Translations under genes and position numbers: made by a program
Part shown: positions 27,880 to 39,957 of the stretch, one piece after another
Position numbering within the stretch: position 1 is the first letter of the stretch
Layout of the letters: each line of letters opens with the position of its first letter
DNA from: Octopus bimaculoides
Taxonomy: Eukaryota
Assembly: GCF_001194135.2 (NCBI RefSeq)
Contig: NC_068988.1
Span: forward strand, 88,731,129 to 88,795,128
DNA length: 64,000 nucleotides
Direction: 5' to 3'
Notes under the pieces: model-generated
Seen by the model: the letters and a program-made list of their open reading frames with translations, nothing else
What the model was told of the DNA's origin: nothing
Database searches by the model: none

Positions 27880-28130
27880 ACCCGTGATAATGTTTCTCAC
27901 TGTATTTTGATATGGACAAAATTTCTCGTTCTGTACAGGTATGTGTATTTATACACATCACCGCGGAGCGTGTTCATGCTGTATTTTATTTATGGCGATC
28001 CGTCAACTAGCGCAACGAGTCACTGTACGATGACGAGAATATAAATGCAGTCTCTCTTGTCTCTCATCGCGTCTGTCGTTCTGTCTGGTACTGAAGAGTA
28101 GATAACCGCTCTAAAATGCCTGCGACCACC
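27880..28130 (+). mobile_element. possible Penelope-like terminal remnant with degenerate hammerhead-like motif
   Basis: 28091-28116 reads CTGAAGA-GT-AGATAACC-GC-TC-TAAA, with GAAA mutated, in non-coding context. Confidence 0.3.
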
Positions 28131-29783
28131 CGTCTGGTAAGATGTCTGTAAGCGCATATATTACATATATTAGNNNNNNNNNNNNNNNNNNNNNNNNNNN
28201 NNNNNNNNNNNNNNNNNNNNNNNNNNNNNNNNNNNNNNNNNNNNNNNNNNNNNNNNNNNNNNNNNNNNNNNNNNNNNNNNNNNNNNNNNNNNNNNNNNNN
28301 NNNNNNNNNNNNNNNNNNNNNNNNNNNNNNNNNNNNNNNNNNNNNNNNNNNNNNNNNNNNNNNNNNNNNNNNNNNNNNNNNNNNNNNNNNNNNNNNNNNN
28401 NNNNNNNNNNNNNNNNNNNNNNNNNNNNNNNNNNNNNNNNNNNNNNNNNNNNNNNNNNNTATATATACATATATATATATATATGTTTATCCATGCATCT
28501 ATGCATCCATCAATTATTCCGCATATCAATCATTAGTATTGCCACTATTTCGGGATAGTGTAGTCCAAAGCATGTCATCAATGCGTTCCTTTCTAAACTG
28601 GGAGGCTGTAACCTGAATTAGATGTGGCTGCTATTATTAGCAGGTCAACTGTTTGTTTACATCTATTTTTAGTTGCATTGGACTATGAGAAGTCCGTTAT
28701 AACAATTTCCATCATCTGACCACAGAGTCATGTTTTTTTTATACATTTCTACATCCACTTAGAGGTTATTAAACAGAACAGCTCGCATGTCACTTTACAA
28801 GTTAGAGACAGACTTTGATCAAAGCTTGATAAGAAAATCAGTGTAGTGGCCATAAGGCCAATCAAAATCTACAGACAATTTAACATGAATAACTACTTAA
28901 TTCAAAGTTGATTGTGATATCTGTAAGATTCCATCTGACTTGATGTTTAATTGAAATACTATGTAGCAGGTCTTTAGATTAAAATTTCCAGAGCAATTAG
29001 TTCTAGAAAACAATCCCCATAGAGTAACGTTGATTGTGAGCGCGTAGACTGTGAGCTTAACTATAAAGAATACACCATGAAATCAGTGTCTACCAAAGGA
29101 TTAAATATGAAAACTATCTTTGTAAATTAAAATTCCCTGCGAGCGGTTTGTGGTAGTGCGGGTCATATGGAAGTGAATGTTTGCTGAGAGACATAGAAAG
29201 GGCAGATCACGTATAAGACGAAGTTCACTGAGTCATCATAACTAAAAAGTGATGATTAGATTAAGGGTTATCAAGAAGCAATCGGTAAGATGGTGTCATT
29301 GTGTGAACTTTCACAGAAGTATTTATATGTAGGACTAATCTCTCTGTGAAAGATCATTGAAGAATGAGAGAAAAGAGTTCAACTTTAGGTCAATGTCCAG
29401 TAGGTAATGAGGAAGTAAATTAGTTCCAACATGGCCGCTGTCTTGCGAACAATGTTTAGAAATTCTAGACGCTCACAGAAAGCCGGAAATGATAAAGTCG
29501 TCATTTTCACTACGTTGAATTGATGCGAAATGCAATGAAATTATATTTTTGTATTTTATTTTTTAGGCAAGCATTGCGAAGTTTGTGTTATATCGCTAAT
29601 AACAAAAACAAACACAACAAACACCACCAAAACCACCATCAGCAACAGAACCATCACCAGCACCACCACTACCACCACCACCACCACCACCAAAGCCACC
29701 ATTACCACTAACCCCCAACCNNNNNNNNNNACCACAACCAACACCACCACCAACAATAACAACAACAGCTGCTGCTGTTGCTG

Positions 29784-29839
<56 letters not shown>

Positions 29840-29996
29840 GCAAACTAATTACAAGAGCCACAAGGAGAACCATAATAATATCGATAAAGATAACGTAATT
29901 TCAATCAAATGAAGAAAAGAGGAAATAGAAATAGAAATTGCAAAGGATGCTAACAATGAAAGCAACAAAAAAATAAGGAACAACAACGAGAAAACA

Positions 29997-30150
29997 TTAT
30001 TTACATTATTTACATTATTTACATTTGAGGGATATTCTTCCTCATCTTGTCTCTTGTTAACACAACGTTTCGGCTGATATACGTTCCAGCCTTCATCAGG
30101 TGTCTTGGGGAAATTTGGAACCTGGGTTGACATTCCTAAGGTATTTTTCG
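29997..30150 (-). mobile_element. Penelope-like element terminal (pLTR) fragment
   Basis: Contains the CTGATGAAGG…CCGAAACG motif characteristic of PLE termini, followed by a (GTAAATAAT)n tail. Confidence 0.7.
30059..30104 (-). ncRNA. minimal type I hammerhead ribozyme motif
   Basis: Minus strand reads GACAC CUGAUGA A GGCUG GAACGUAUAU CAGCC GAA AC GU U GUGUU. Stem I is 5 bp (one G-U), stem II is 5 bp, and stem III is a loop-less palindromic ACGU. There is one extra nt after A9. Confidence 0.7.
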
Positions 30151-30174
30151 ATGTTATCATTATTATTATTATTA

Positions 30175-30242
<68 letters not shown>

Positions 30243-30360
30243 ATTATTATTATCATTATTATACAGGTCNNNNNNNNNNNNNNNNNNNNNNNNNNNNNNN
30301 NNNNNNNNNNNNNNNNNNNNNNNNNNNNNNNNNNNNNNNNNNNNNNNNNNNNNNNNNNNN

Positions 30361-30394
<34 letters not shown>

Positions 30395-30489
30395 GTGCGC
30401 GCGTGTGTGTGCATGTGTGTGTGTGTGTGTGTGTGCATGCGTGTGTATGTGTGTGTGTGTGCATGTGTCTGTGTCTGACATAGTTTTTG

Positions 30490-31385
30490 GGGATGTTTCA
30501 GGCATCCCTTTTATCATGCCGACAATAACAGGAAATGTTTTTGCTTTAAGATACCTCATCTTTTGCATTTCGATTTCCAGTTTGTCGAATTAATTTACAG
30601 ACATATTTCTATCAGTAGGAACAGTTACATGTGTTAGTTTACACATATTTTCTTCCTTGTATTTAATAATTATGTCTGGTCGATTAAGCTAGATCGTTTT
30701 GTCGGTGTTGAGTGGAAAATTCCAGAGGCTGGTCAAATTTTTACCTGCAACGAATGGCTCAGGATAATGTTTGTACCAGTTAGTAGAAGTGCCAATTTTG
30801 TCGTGTCTACATCTTTTCCAATGTAAATACTGTTCTAACCTATAGTGGAAATTTTTGTATTCGACTGTTGTTAGGACATAACATCGTGAAACAAAGACGG
30901 TTTATATATTTTTCAAATGTGTAGCAGAATCTGCATTTATGGTCAACACCTTGAAGAATGTTAACCCTCTAGTTTCTTGTAAGAAATATTTGATAATGTG
31001 TCGCCAGTATGAAACCCTGAATCTCTGCTTTCAATCCTGAACATTTCAGTCACTGATGGGTTGTGTCTTGGTCTACATCAACAGTTTGACTTCGAAGAAT
31101 ATATTCTCCATGTGGAGTCTTCTGGAACCACCGCTCCTCGGTTTGTTTCTTCACGTTAATTTTTTTTTTGTTTTTGCTGGTTGCTGTTTACTTGTTTCGT
31201 GTTCTTGTTTCATCCAGTCCTCAGAGTTTTTCAGGTAGGTGTCGAGGTCAATTGTGGCAATCTTCATTGTTAATGCCAGTTGCAAAAGTCCACGGCCTCC
31301 TTCTTTTCTTGGCAGATAAAATCGTTCTATATCTGCCTTACGGTGGTGCATTCTATGCATTGTCAATAGTTTTCGTATTTTTTAT
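30490..31385 (-). pseudogene. R4/Dong-like (REL-endonuclease) non-LTR retrotransposon 3' portion
   Basis: Reads MHRMHHRKADIERFYLPRKEGGRGLLQL…, SGLKAEIQGFI, CRFC, HWKRC, LNRPDIII and LEIEMQKM…FPVIVG. These cover the post-RT region, the zinc knuckle and the PD-type endonuclease. Confidence 0.85.
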
Positions 31386-31411
31386 ATATTTCAGTAATTG
31401 ACCAGTTAATG

Positions 31412-31485
<74 letters not shown>

Positions 31486-31493
31486 CATTATCA

Positions 31494-31850
31494 TTGTTGT
31501 GTGAGGGAGCAGTACATGCAATCAAAGTGACACTGGTGTACAAATACAAAAAGCCTTATATACCCATCATGACTACTCATCTAATAGGTTTACGGCAGAC
31601 ACATGCATCACAACCATATATGAGGAACATGGGGATCTCATATCAAGATAAACAGCACACGACCTTGCAGGTGGGTCTAGATAGAATGTTTTCAGGTCGA
31701 GTAAACTCTTCCATACAAAAGGTCCCTGAATGATGGTTGTTTAATGATGCTGAATGAAATACTCACGGTTCCAGAGGTGAATTCTTCAATCTCCAAAGGA
31801 TTCCTCTCAAAACATGACTATAATGCTTCCCCACTATTTCTGCCTAAACA
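31494..31850 (+). mobile_element. unclassified interspersed repeat (family C), copy 1
   Basis: Clearly homologous to 39190-39700 on the opposite strand, e.g. the shared GATCTCATATCAAGATAAACAGC…ACCTTGCAGGTGG. Confidence 0.75.
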
Positions 31851-31859
31851 CCGAATATA

Positions 31860-31930
31860 ATGAGAATTTTTTTCTGTTATTAGGCTCCACATTCGAGTTG
31901 TCTCTATTTCCAGATCTTTGTATTTCGCAT
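31860..31930 (-). pseudogene. small R4/Dong-like endonuclease fragment
   Basis: Translates to KYKDLEIETTRMWSLITE. Confidence 0.5.
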
Positions 31931-31997
31931 ATCATTATTATTATTATTATTATTATCTTTATTATTATAATTATTATTATTATTATTNNNNNNNNNN

Positions 31998-32073
<76 letters not shown>

Positions 32074-32076
32074 GCA

Positions 32077-32305
32077 TAAGGCGGTGAGTTGGCAGAATCG
32101 TTAGCACGCCAGACGAATGCGCTGCATTATTTCATCCGTCTTCATGTTCTGAGTTCAAATTCCATTGAGGTCGACTTCGTTTTTCATCCTTTCGAGGTCG
32201 ATTAAATGAATAACATTCGAGTGCTGGGGTCAATGTAAATCGACTATACCTCTCCCCCAAATTTCACATCTTGTGTCTATAGTGGAACGGATAATAATAA
32301 TAATA
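32077..32305 (+). mobile_element. family A SINE
   Basis: Head, B-box, core and tail are present, ending in (ATA)n. Confidence 0.85.
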
Positions 32306-33321
32306 ATTATTATTATTATTAATGGTAGTAGTAATAATAGTAGTGGTAGTAGTAGTATTTTTATAGCCATTTAAATAAGTACAGTGAGAGACAAAACGAC
32401 AACACTAAAGAAATACAATCTACAATTACCAAACCAACATCACAACGATAACAACAGAAGCACAACCATAACATCAACAACAATGATATCATTACTTTTA
32501 CTACAAAAAAGAATTAGAGTAAAAAGTGAAGGAGAGGGGATGGCTGAAAAAATAATTTAGCAAGACGTTCTTAAAAACAAAATCTTTATCACAATAATAA
32601 TCACAGCTTAAAAACAACAAAAAATCGGTCATATGAATGACAACAAACTTAGTGAAACGAATAAATAAAACAATTATAAAAATATAGGAAACAAACAAGT
32701 AAAAATAAATAAATAAAAAATTTAAAAAATTACATTCGAAGAACTTTTCAATTAACAGAAAATAGAAATCAAAATTCGAAAAAGTATTTAAACGACGAAA
32801 CGTAAGAAACAAAGAAATTAAAGAGAAAAAGTAAGAAGAAAAAACAGATTTAAAATGTAACCATGTTTCTGAAAGAACATTAACAACGACAAGAATCATC
32901 TAATCAATAACTATAGTTCGATCCGTACGTTAATTGGCTAAGACAAATTTTATTATCAGTGATTCGTTTATTTACAAAAAAAAATAATAATAATAGAAAG
33001 GATTATTATTATTATTAATATTATTATTATTATTATTATTATCATCATCATCATTATTATTATTATTATTACGATATTTGGTCAGTCGTTACGTTCTGAG
33101 TTCAAATTCCGCCGAAGTCGACTTTCCCTTTCGTCCTTTTCGTTGTCCATAAATTATCATTTGCATTATTATACGTTAGAATTTGTATCTGTGGATAGAC
33201 GATAAATACAAATATAGACTGTTTTGCTCACTTAAAAGTGAACGACGTTCTAATATTTATGTACGAGGACTTGTTTGTGTGTATGTGTATGTTATTGTAT
33301 GTGTGTGTGAGTGTGTGTGTA

Positions 33322-33508
33322 TGTGAAGATACGTGTATGAATTTACTTGTAAATATTCTTAAGAGCTGTAAATGCATGTATGGTGGTGCTGTTATCGGTG
33401 GTCTTAGTACCTCTAAGGGGACAAAATCATCACTGTACGTAACAAACCAGCTCTCCTGTTCTGAGTTTTAAATCTTATCTTTGTACTAAACTTTGTATGT
33501 GTGTGTGT

Positions 33509-33543
<35 letters not shown>

Positions 33544-33706
33544 GGTACATGTATGAATTTACTTGTAAATATTCATAAGGTGTAAATGTGTGTATGGTGG
33601 TGCTGTCATCATTGTTCTTAGTACATCTACGGGAACAAAAACACTGTACGTAACAAACCAGCACTCTTGTTCTGAGTTTTAAATCTTATCTTTATACTAA
33701 ACTTTG

Positions 33707-33783
<77 letters not shown>
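33322..33783. repeat. tandem duplication of a ~220-240 bp unit bounded by (TG)n
   Basis: 33322-33540 and 33540-33783 align throughout, e.g. TGTATGAATTTACTTGTAAATATT and CTGTACGTAACAAACCAGC…TTCTGAGTTTTAAATCTTATCTTT. Confidence 0.9.
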
Positions 33784-33784
<1 letters not shown>

Positions 33785-34261
33785 GCTTAACTGACAAACG
33801 TAAACAAGTATGGCTTGATAGTTTGCGCTGCAATTTTGCCTAGGAGTAACCAGCAGATACCTCCTCGGACTCCCTCCCTCCCATTGACGTATGAGACAAT
33901 CGAGAATATTACAACTGGAAAGAGAGAGTGCTGCATTTACGGTCACCTGGTATCCATTTACAGATGAATAAACTCGAGCAACTTGAAATGGCATCCTATG
34001 CTCAAGGCCGTGACGTTCTGCCTGGTTCACAGAACGAGACAATATTTAGCGAAAATTTTGTATTTAACAGAGGCAATATTTGTATGAATGTGTTATGACA
34101 ACTTCTGCCATGATGTCCACAGCTTATAATATACTTATAATATACTTATAATATACTTATAATATACTTGTGAAAAGAAATCTGTCAAATTTATTAAAAG
34201 AGAATGAAAGCATCGATTGGTGGGGGTGTATAAGTGATGATAGTTACAGAGTACGTGTGGT

Positions 34262-34830
34262 TATTAAGACGGCGAGCTAGCAGAAACGTAAGCACGCCGG
34301 GCGAAATGCTTAGCCGTATTTCGTCTGCCGTTACGTTCTGAGTTCAAATGCCGCCGAGGTCGACTTTGCCTTTCATCCTTTCGGGGTCGATAAATTAAGT
34401 ACCAGTTACGCACTGGGGTCGATGTAATCGACTTAATCCGTTCGTCTGTTCTTGTTTGTTCCCTCTATGTCTAGCCCCTTGTGGGCAATAACGAAATAGG
34501 TATTTCGTCTGCTGCTACGTTCTGAGTTTAAATTCCGCCGAGGTTACGCACTGGGGTCGATATAATCGACTTCATCCGTTTGTGCCCTCTGTGTGTAACC
34601 CCTTGTGGGCAGTAAAGAAATAAGAAACGTTAACCCACCGAGCGAAACGCTTAGCGGTATTTCGTCTGTCTTTGCGTTCTGAGTTCAAATTCGGCCGAGT
34701 TCGAATTTGCCATTCATCTTTTCGGGGTCGATTAATTAAGTACCAGTTGCGTAGTGGAGTCGATCTAATCGACTGGCTCCCTCCCCCCCAAAAATTTCGG
34801 GCCTTATGCCTAGAGTAAAAAAGAGTAAGT
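34262..34830 (+). mobile_element. three head-to-tail family A SINE units (middle one internally deleted)
   Basis: TATTTCGTCTG…GTTCTGAGTT(C/T)AAAT occurs three times. The first unit is near consensus. Confidence 0.9.
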
Positions 34831-36897
34831 GTGGTTTATTGAAAATGGTAGTAAAATTGAGTGGGAAAATTGACATATTCGTTTTTACTTTGAATCCAAA
34901 GTATTTGTGAGCCAAAGGGTTTTTTATCATCAATAATTCAGTATAGTAGCATTGATCAACAATATCTAGGATGTGTGGTAGTGAGGTGCAAAGAATTAGG
35001 TCAAAGATTAATGGATGATATGAAATCTTTTTAATGTACTGATGAAACATTATTCTTAGGCGTTGTATAAGCAGCTTAAGCAGGAATTTAGATGTGGAAG
35101 TTAAGGGATTTTATATTATCTTAAACTGAGTAGGTGAATGTACGGGACTGTGGAGGGACGATTCAGTCTTTGAAGTAAAGTTTTAATAAATTTATCTAAC
35201 ATCTAAATTTTGAAGAAATTCATCATGTTTAATTGACTGTGCTAAATTTAAAATGGATCAGCGTAATTATATCTGTGTAGTATAGTTCACGTAACACATT
35301 GTAAAATTAAAGCACTTGGACCAACAAACACCAACAAAGACAGTGAGAGCGAAACAGCGGTAAAAGTAAGGACTATGGTGGTAAGGCTCCAAATAAAACA
35401 AACAGTTTGAAACGTCTGGACAAAGTATAAGAACGAATCGTCAAGGTGTAACTGAGATCAATGTCTAGTAAACACTTGATGTTAAACAAAATATTACTGC
35501 CATATAAATTAATAAATATACAATTAATGACATTATATTTGATTGTTCCTCAAGACAGACTTCAAATTTGAGTCATCAGTTGTACTGCGTTGGGAATATG
35601 CAGACATTTCGACAGAGAACTGAGAATAAGTTCTATAAACATGTCAGGAGCCCCTTAAGCGACGATAATTTAGTGATGATAATTTGTAATTTCTCAGTCC
35701 ACACGATAAGCAGATGAAAACACCACGATACATATAGTAGAATTGGAGAAAGGAAGAAAAATATATGCCCTGTAGTAGTTATCTTTACAGCATCTGGCTA
35801 AAAGATAAATGAAAAAAGCAAAAAGAATAAAACAAAAAAAGTAAAATAAAATAAGAAAATAACGAAAAGCGTGAGAGTTCCTTACAATTTACTCATGGAA
35901 CGCAACAAGAGGGCCACTATAAGGTAAACTGGCTTATTTGGAATAAAAACCAAATCTACTTCGAATCGTATCTTTGATTTATGAGCTGTATAGATGAATG
36001 GATTAAGGGAAGGAAAATTCTTCAATCAAGTTGATTCTACTGCCCATTGAAATAACGTATAATCGGAGGAGCATTCTACAGGCACGAATTCTCTTTCTGT
36101 AATCTTCAAATCTCCAACGAATCATACTTCTGAAGGCTAATTGGATGAATTAAGGGATGGAAAGTTAGATGGATCCTCGTCAATTTCGAGGATGAATAAA
36201 TGATTACTGAATCAACTGAATTTCCTGCTTATTGAATTGGTTTGTAATTGACCGGGTATTCTACAGATTAGAATTATATTATTTTAGTCTTCAAGCTTAC
36301 TCAATGTGCCTCCAAATGGGACTAACCTAAAGATTTGACATACAATATAATCTATCCGTTATGCCATTTTTAATCACAGGATATGCGATGAACACCAGAT
36401 TTCGCTATTTCGAAAACGATCTTTTAAACCATGAGTCTATAAACCACAATTTAACCCCCCCACACACACACACATACACACACACACTCATACTTCATAT
36501 ATATTAGTTCGTGAAGATATCTAATCTATATGCATACATAGTCATATGTGTGTTTGTATAACTGTGTATGTATGTGTGTATATGTTTTTGTGGGGATGTT
36601 TGCATACAAAAACGATGTGAAGGTCACATTTAGGATAACCTTGGTTATGGGTTTGTTGCATACTTGCCACCAACTCGAAGCGTAACGCACACGATCTACT
36701 GCCGTAGTATTTACAGTTATCCGACTTATTACATATACCAGAGACGTGTTCCGCAGATATACTTCATTGTTAAAAATATTAAAAGTAAACAAATGGTAAA
36801 CTACACTATGTATTTGTCGGCTTGAAAAAACACAGGAAGGACAGTACTGGAACACTTTTGGACATAGATGTTCTGAATAAAGGCCGATAAGAAAATA

Positions 36898-37365
36898 TTC
36901 AGGCGCAGGCGTGGCTGTGTGGTAAGAGGCTTGCTTCTCAACCACATAGTTCTGGGTTCAGTCCCATTGCGTGGCACCTTGGGTAAGTGTCCTTTACTAT
37001 ATATAGCCTAGGGTCAACCAAAGCCTTGTTATATATATATATATATATATATAATGGTGGTGCTCAGGCATGACCGCAGCTTTAAAGCTGAAACAAGTTA
37101 CAGTCTATATATATTATATATGAGTGTGTTTGTGTGTATGTGTCAATGTGTGTGTCTCTTTATGTCTGTACTTGTTCCCTCACCACTGCTAGACATCCAG
37201 TGTTGGTGTGTTTGCATCGCCGTCACTTAACGGTTCGGCAAAAGTTCCAATAGAATAAGTGCCAGGCTTGATAAAAATAACTACTGGGATCGATTCATTC
37301 GACTAAAAAAATTAAGGCAGTGTCCCAGCATGGCCGCAGTGTAATGACCGAAAAAGTGAAAAAGG
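36898..37365 (+). mobile_element. family B CORE-type tRNA SINE (OR1/OR2-like), rearranged
   Basis: Head GCAGGCGTGGCTGTGTGGTAAG, CORE-like CACCTTGGGTAAGTGTC, and two tail segments ending …GCATGGCCGCAG. Confidence 0.8.
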
Positions 37366-37853
37366 GAATACAATAACAACAACAGCAACAACGTTAAGAT
37401 CTCTATAAGCATTCTACAACATTTATGAAATGTGTTGTACACATTTCATAAAATCTGTAACAAACTTCCTTCAGTGTAAAGTACAAATTTCACAAAATTT
37501 TGCAATCAATCATATTTTACTTTCTATGTATTAACGTAACTCACAGACAAATACTATTTACACTATCTGAAAACATAAAAATTCGATAAAGAAATCTATT
37601 ACTACCACTTAAGCCACCACTACCACCACCACCACCAGTACTAACACCACCAACGCCATTAACACCGCCGCCGCTGACGCCACCGCAAACATAATCGCTT
37701 TTACCACCACCGCCGCCGCCGCCGCCACCGCCNNNNNNNNNNNNNNNNNNNNNNNNNNNNNNNNNNNNNNNNNNNNNNNNNNNNNNNNNNNNNNNNNNNN
37801 NNNNNNNNNNNNNNNNNNNNNNNNNNNNNNNNNNNNNNNNNNNNNNNNNNNNN

Positions 37854-37886
<33 letters not shown>

Positions 37887-37943
37887 GTTATAACAACAAC
37901 AGCTATAATAATAATAATAATGATAATAATAATAATAATAATG

Positions 37944-37992
<49 letters not shown>

Positions 37993-38009
37993 TGATGATG
38001 ATGATGATG

Positions 38010-39160
38010 ATTTCATTTATTTGCCACATAGGTGAAGAATGGGGGCGGAAAATACAGAGACAGGCGTAAAGTGTGGAGTTTTACATATAATGAAATGATA
38101 AAAACAAGGAATGGCCGTATACATAGCATAGAAAGATTATAAAAAAATAGTGACGGGGAAAATGATAATGATGTGCCCCTCCTGATACAGGGAAACCTCT
38201 AAGGATAATCGGGGAATTCCACTGTCCGAGATTTCCTTGAAACCCTAGGAGTAAGTGTCCTCTCCAATTCCTCCTCTCCGACTCACAGATCTATACTTAG
38301 AAAGGTACCATCCACTCACTAGCGTAGCTAGGGTGTCACTAGAGGCGGTCTCCTCCGGGCGGTACTTTTAAACGGGTACCACTTTTGAGTCTGCTGTAGG
38401 CAATATGTGCTTTTTTGTGGGGTCCGGGTGCGGAAAACGGAAGGGCCTGACCGGGCGTCAAACACCATAGCTACGTTGGTGCATCCACTCTTCCGCAACT
38501 TTCACCCGCCTTTGAATAAGCTCTGTCGAGTACAGCACTTCCCGCTCCACTCTCAATTTCCTTTCCAAGTGATACTTGAAAAAGTCAATGAGAGCTCTAC
38601 CAAAGACGAATGTACCTGTCCTCACGCCTTTCAGCCTTGTCGACCAAACAACTTCTTTCACCACAGCCACCAGGCAAAGGAAAACTGCCTTGCCTGCCTT
38701 ATTGAAGGAAGGCGGTAATGCGATCATCACTACAGACTCGGCCGACTGACGGATCCGTCCCACACGTGACAGCAGTTGTTCGACATAACCCCACAAGTCA
38801 GCAATGCTCGGACACTGAACGAGGGTGCGCAGAATAGTTTAGTCACTCTGTGTGCACCTGGGACAAATCCGTCTGACAGCACATCTGTGCCTGTAGAGTT
38901 TATCCCGAACCGGTAGTGCTCCTCCCCCCACCCACGGTAGCAGTGCCAGGCCAATGACATCTGGAAATTATCCATGATAGTTCCCGACCGGAAAGTCCTC
39001 CGGAACAGATTAGTCAGTTCGTTCTTGTCGTCGCTCAGAGTCACCCCAAGAACATCGTTGCTCTTCCCCGCCACTAATCCTCTATAAATTTCTAAAGCAA
39101 AACACCCAGCGATCCCATTTCCCGACTGGTAGAGGGTTGTGAGCGCCTGACGACTTCTAG
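38010..39160 (-). mobile_element. 5'-truncated Tx1/L1-like LINE (ORF2 C-terminus + 3' UTR)
   Basis: Minus strand reads ICPRCTQSD*TILRTLVQCPSIADLWGYVEQLL…VVWSTR…FFKYHL (a zf-RVT-like CCHC region). The 3' UTR ends with AATAAA followed by (ATC)n/(ATT)n. Confidence 0.75.
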
Positions 39161-39189
39161 GTAATGATAATAAATGTTTTCTCTTGGTG

Positions 39190-39700
39190 TAAAAGATGGG
39201 TTACAGCAAATATTCTGCTCAATACCACATATTTGCTTGTCCGTTTGACCTTAACCAGTTGAGCATGTCACTTAGTGGCCGACTATATGTACATTTCTGA
39301 ACATGTGCAGAATGAGTTGGGTAGCATCATAGCCATGTGTTGAGAGGAATTGCTCGGATTTGAATAATCCACCTCTGAAAACATAAGTGTTTTATTCATC
39401 ATCCTAAAACAACCCTTCTTCAGGGATCTTTTGAGCGGGATGGGCTACTCGACCCAAAGAAAAAGTTCTAACTGGGCTCCACCTGCAAGGTCATGCGCTG
39501 TTTATCTTGATATGAGATCACCATGTCGAGCACATATGGTGATGATGCATGTACCTGGTGCACCCTTATCAGACGGGTATTCACGAGGGGTATATTGGGC
39601 TTCGTATATTTGTACCTCAGTTTTACTTTAATGGCATGCGCTGCTAGACTCCTGGTAGACACAACATCTTCAATCCCCAACATCACGATATTGGATACTG
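39190..39700 (-). mobile_element. unclassified interspersed repeat (family C), copy 2
   Basis: Homologous to 31494-31850 and extends further 3'. Confidence 0.75.
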
Positions 39701-39749
39701 TGTGACGCCTTCTATAGTAATAATAATAATAAGAAGAAGAAGAAGACTT

Positions 39750-39957
39750 TCTACTATAGGAATAAGGCCTGAAATTTTGAGGGAGAGTAGGGTAGTCGAT
39801 TTCATCGGCCACGGCGCTAGATTGGTATTTATTTAATCGAACCCTAGAAGATGAATGGCAAAGTCGACCTTAGCGGAATTCGAACTCAGAACATAAAACG
39901 AACAAAATGCAACTAGTCATTTTGCCCGGCGTGCTAACGATTCTGCCAGCTCAGCGA
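39750..39957 (-). mobile_element. family A SINE
   Basis: Reverse complement carries head, B-box, core and tail. Confidence 0.85.
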
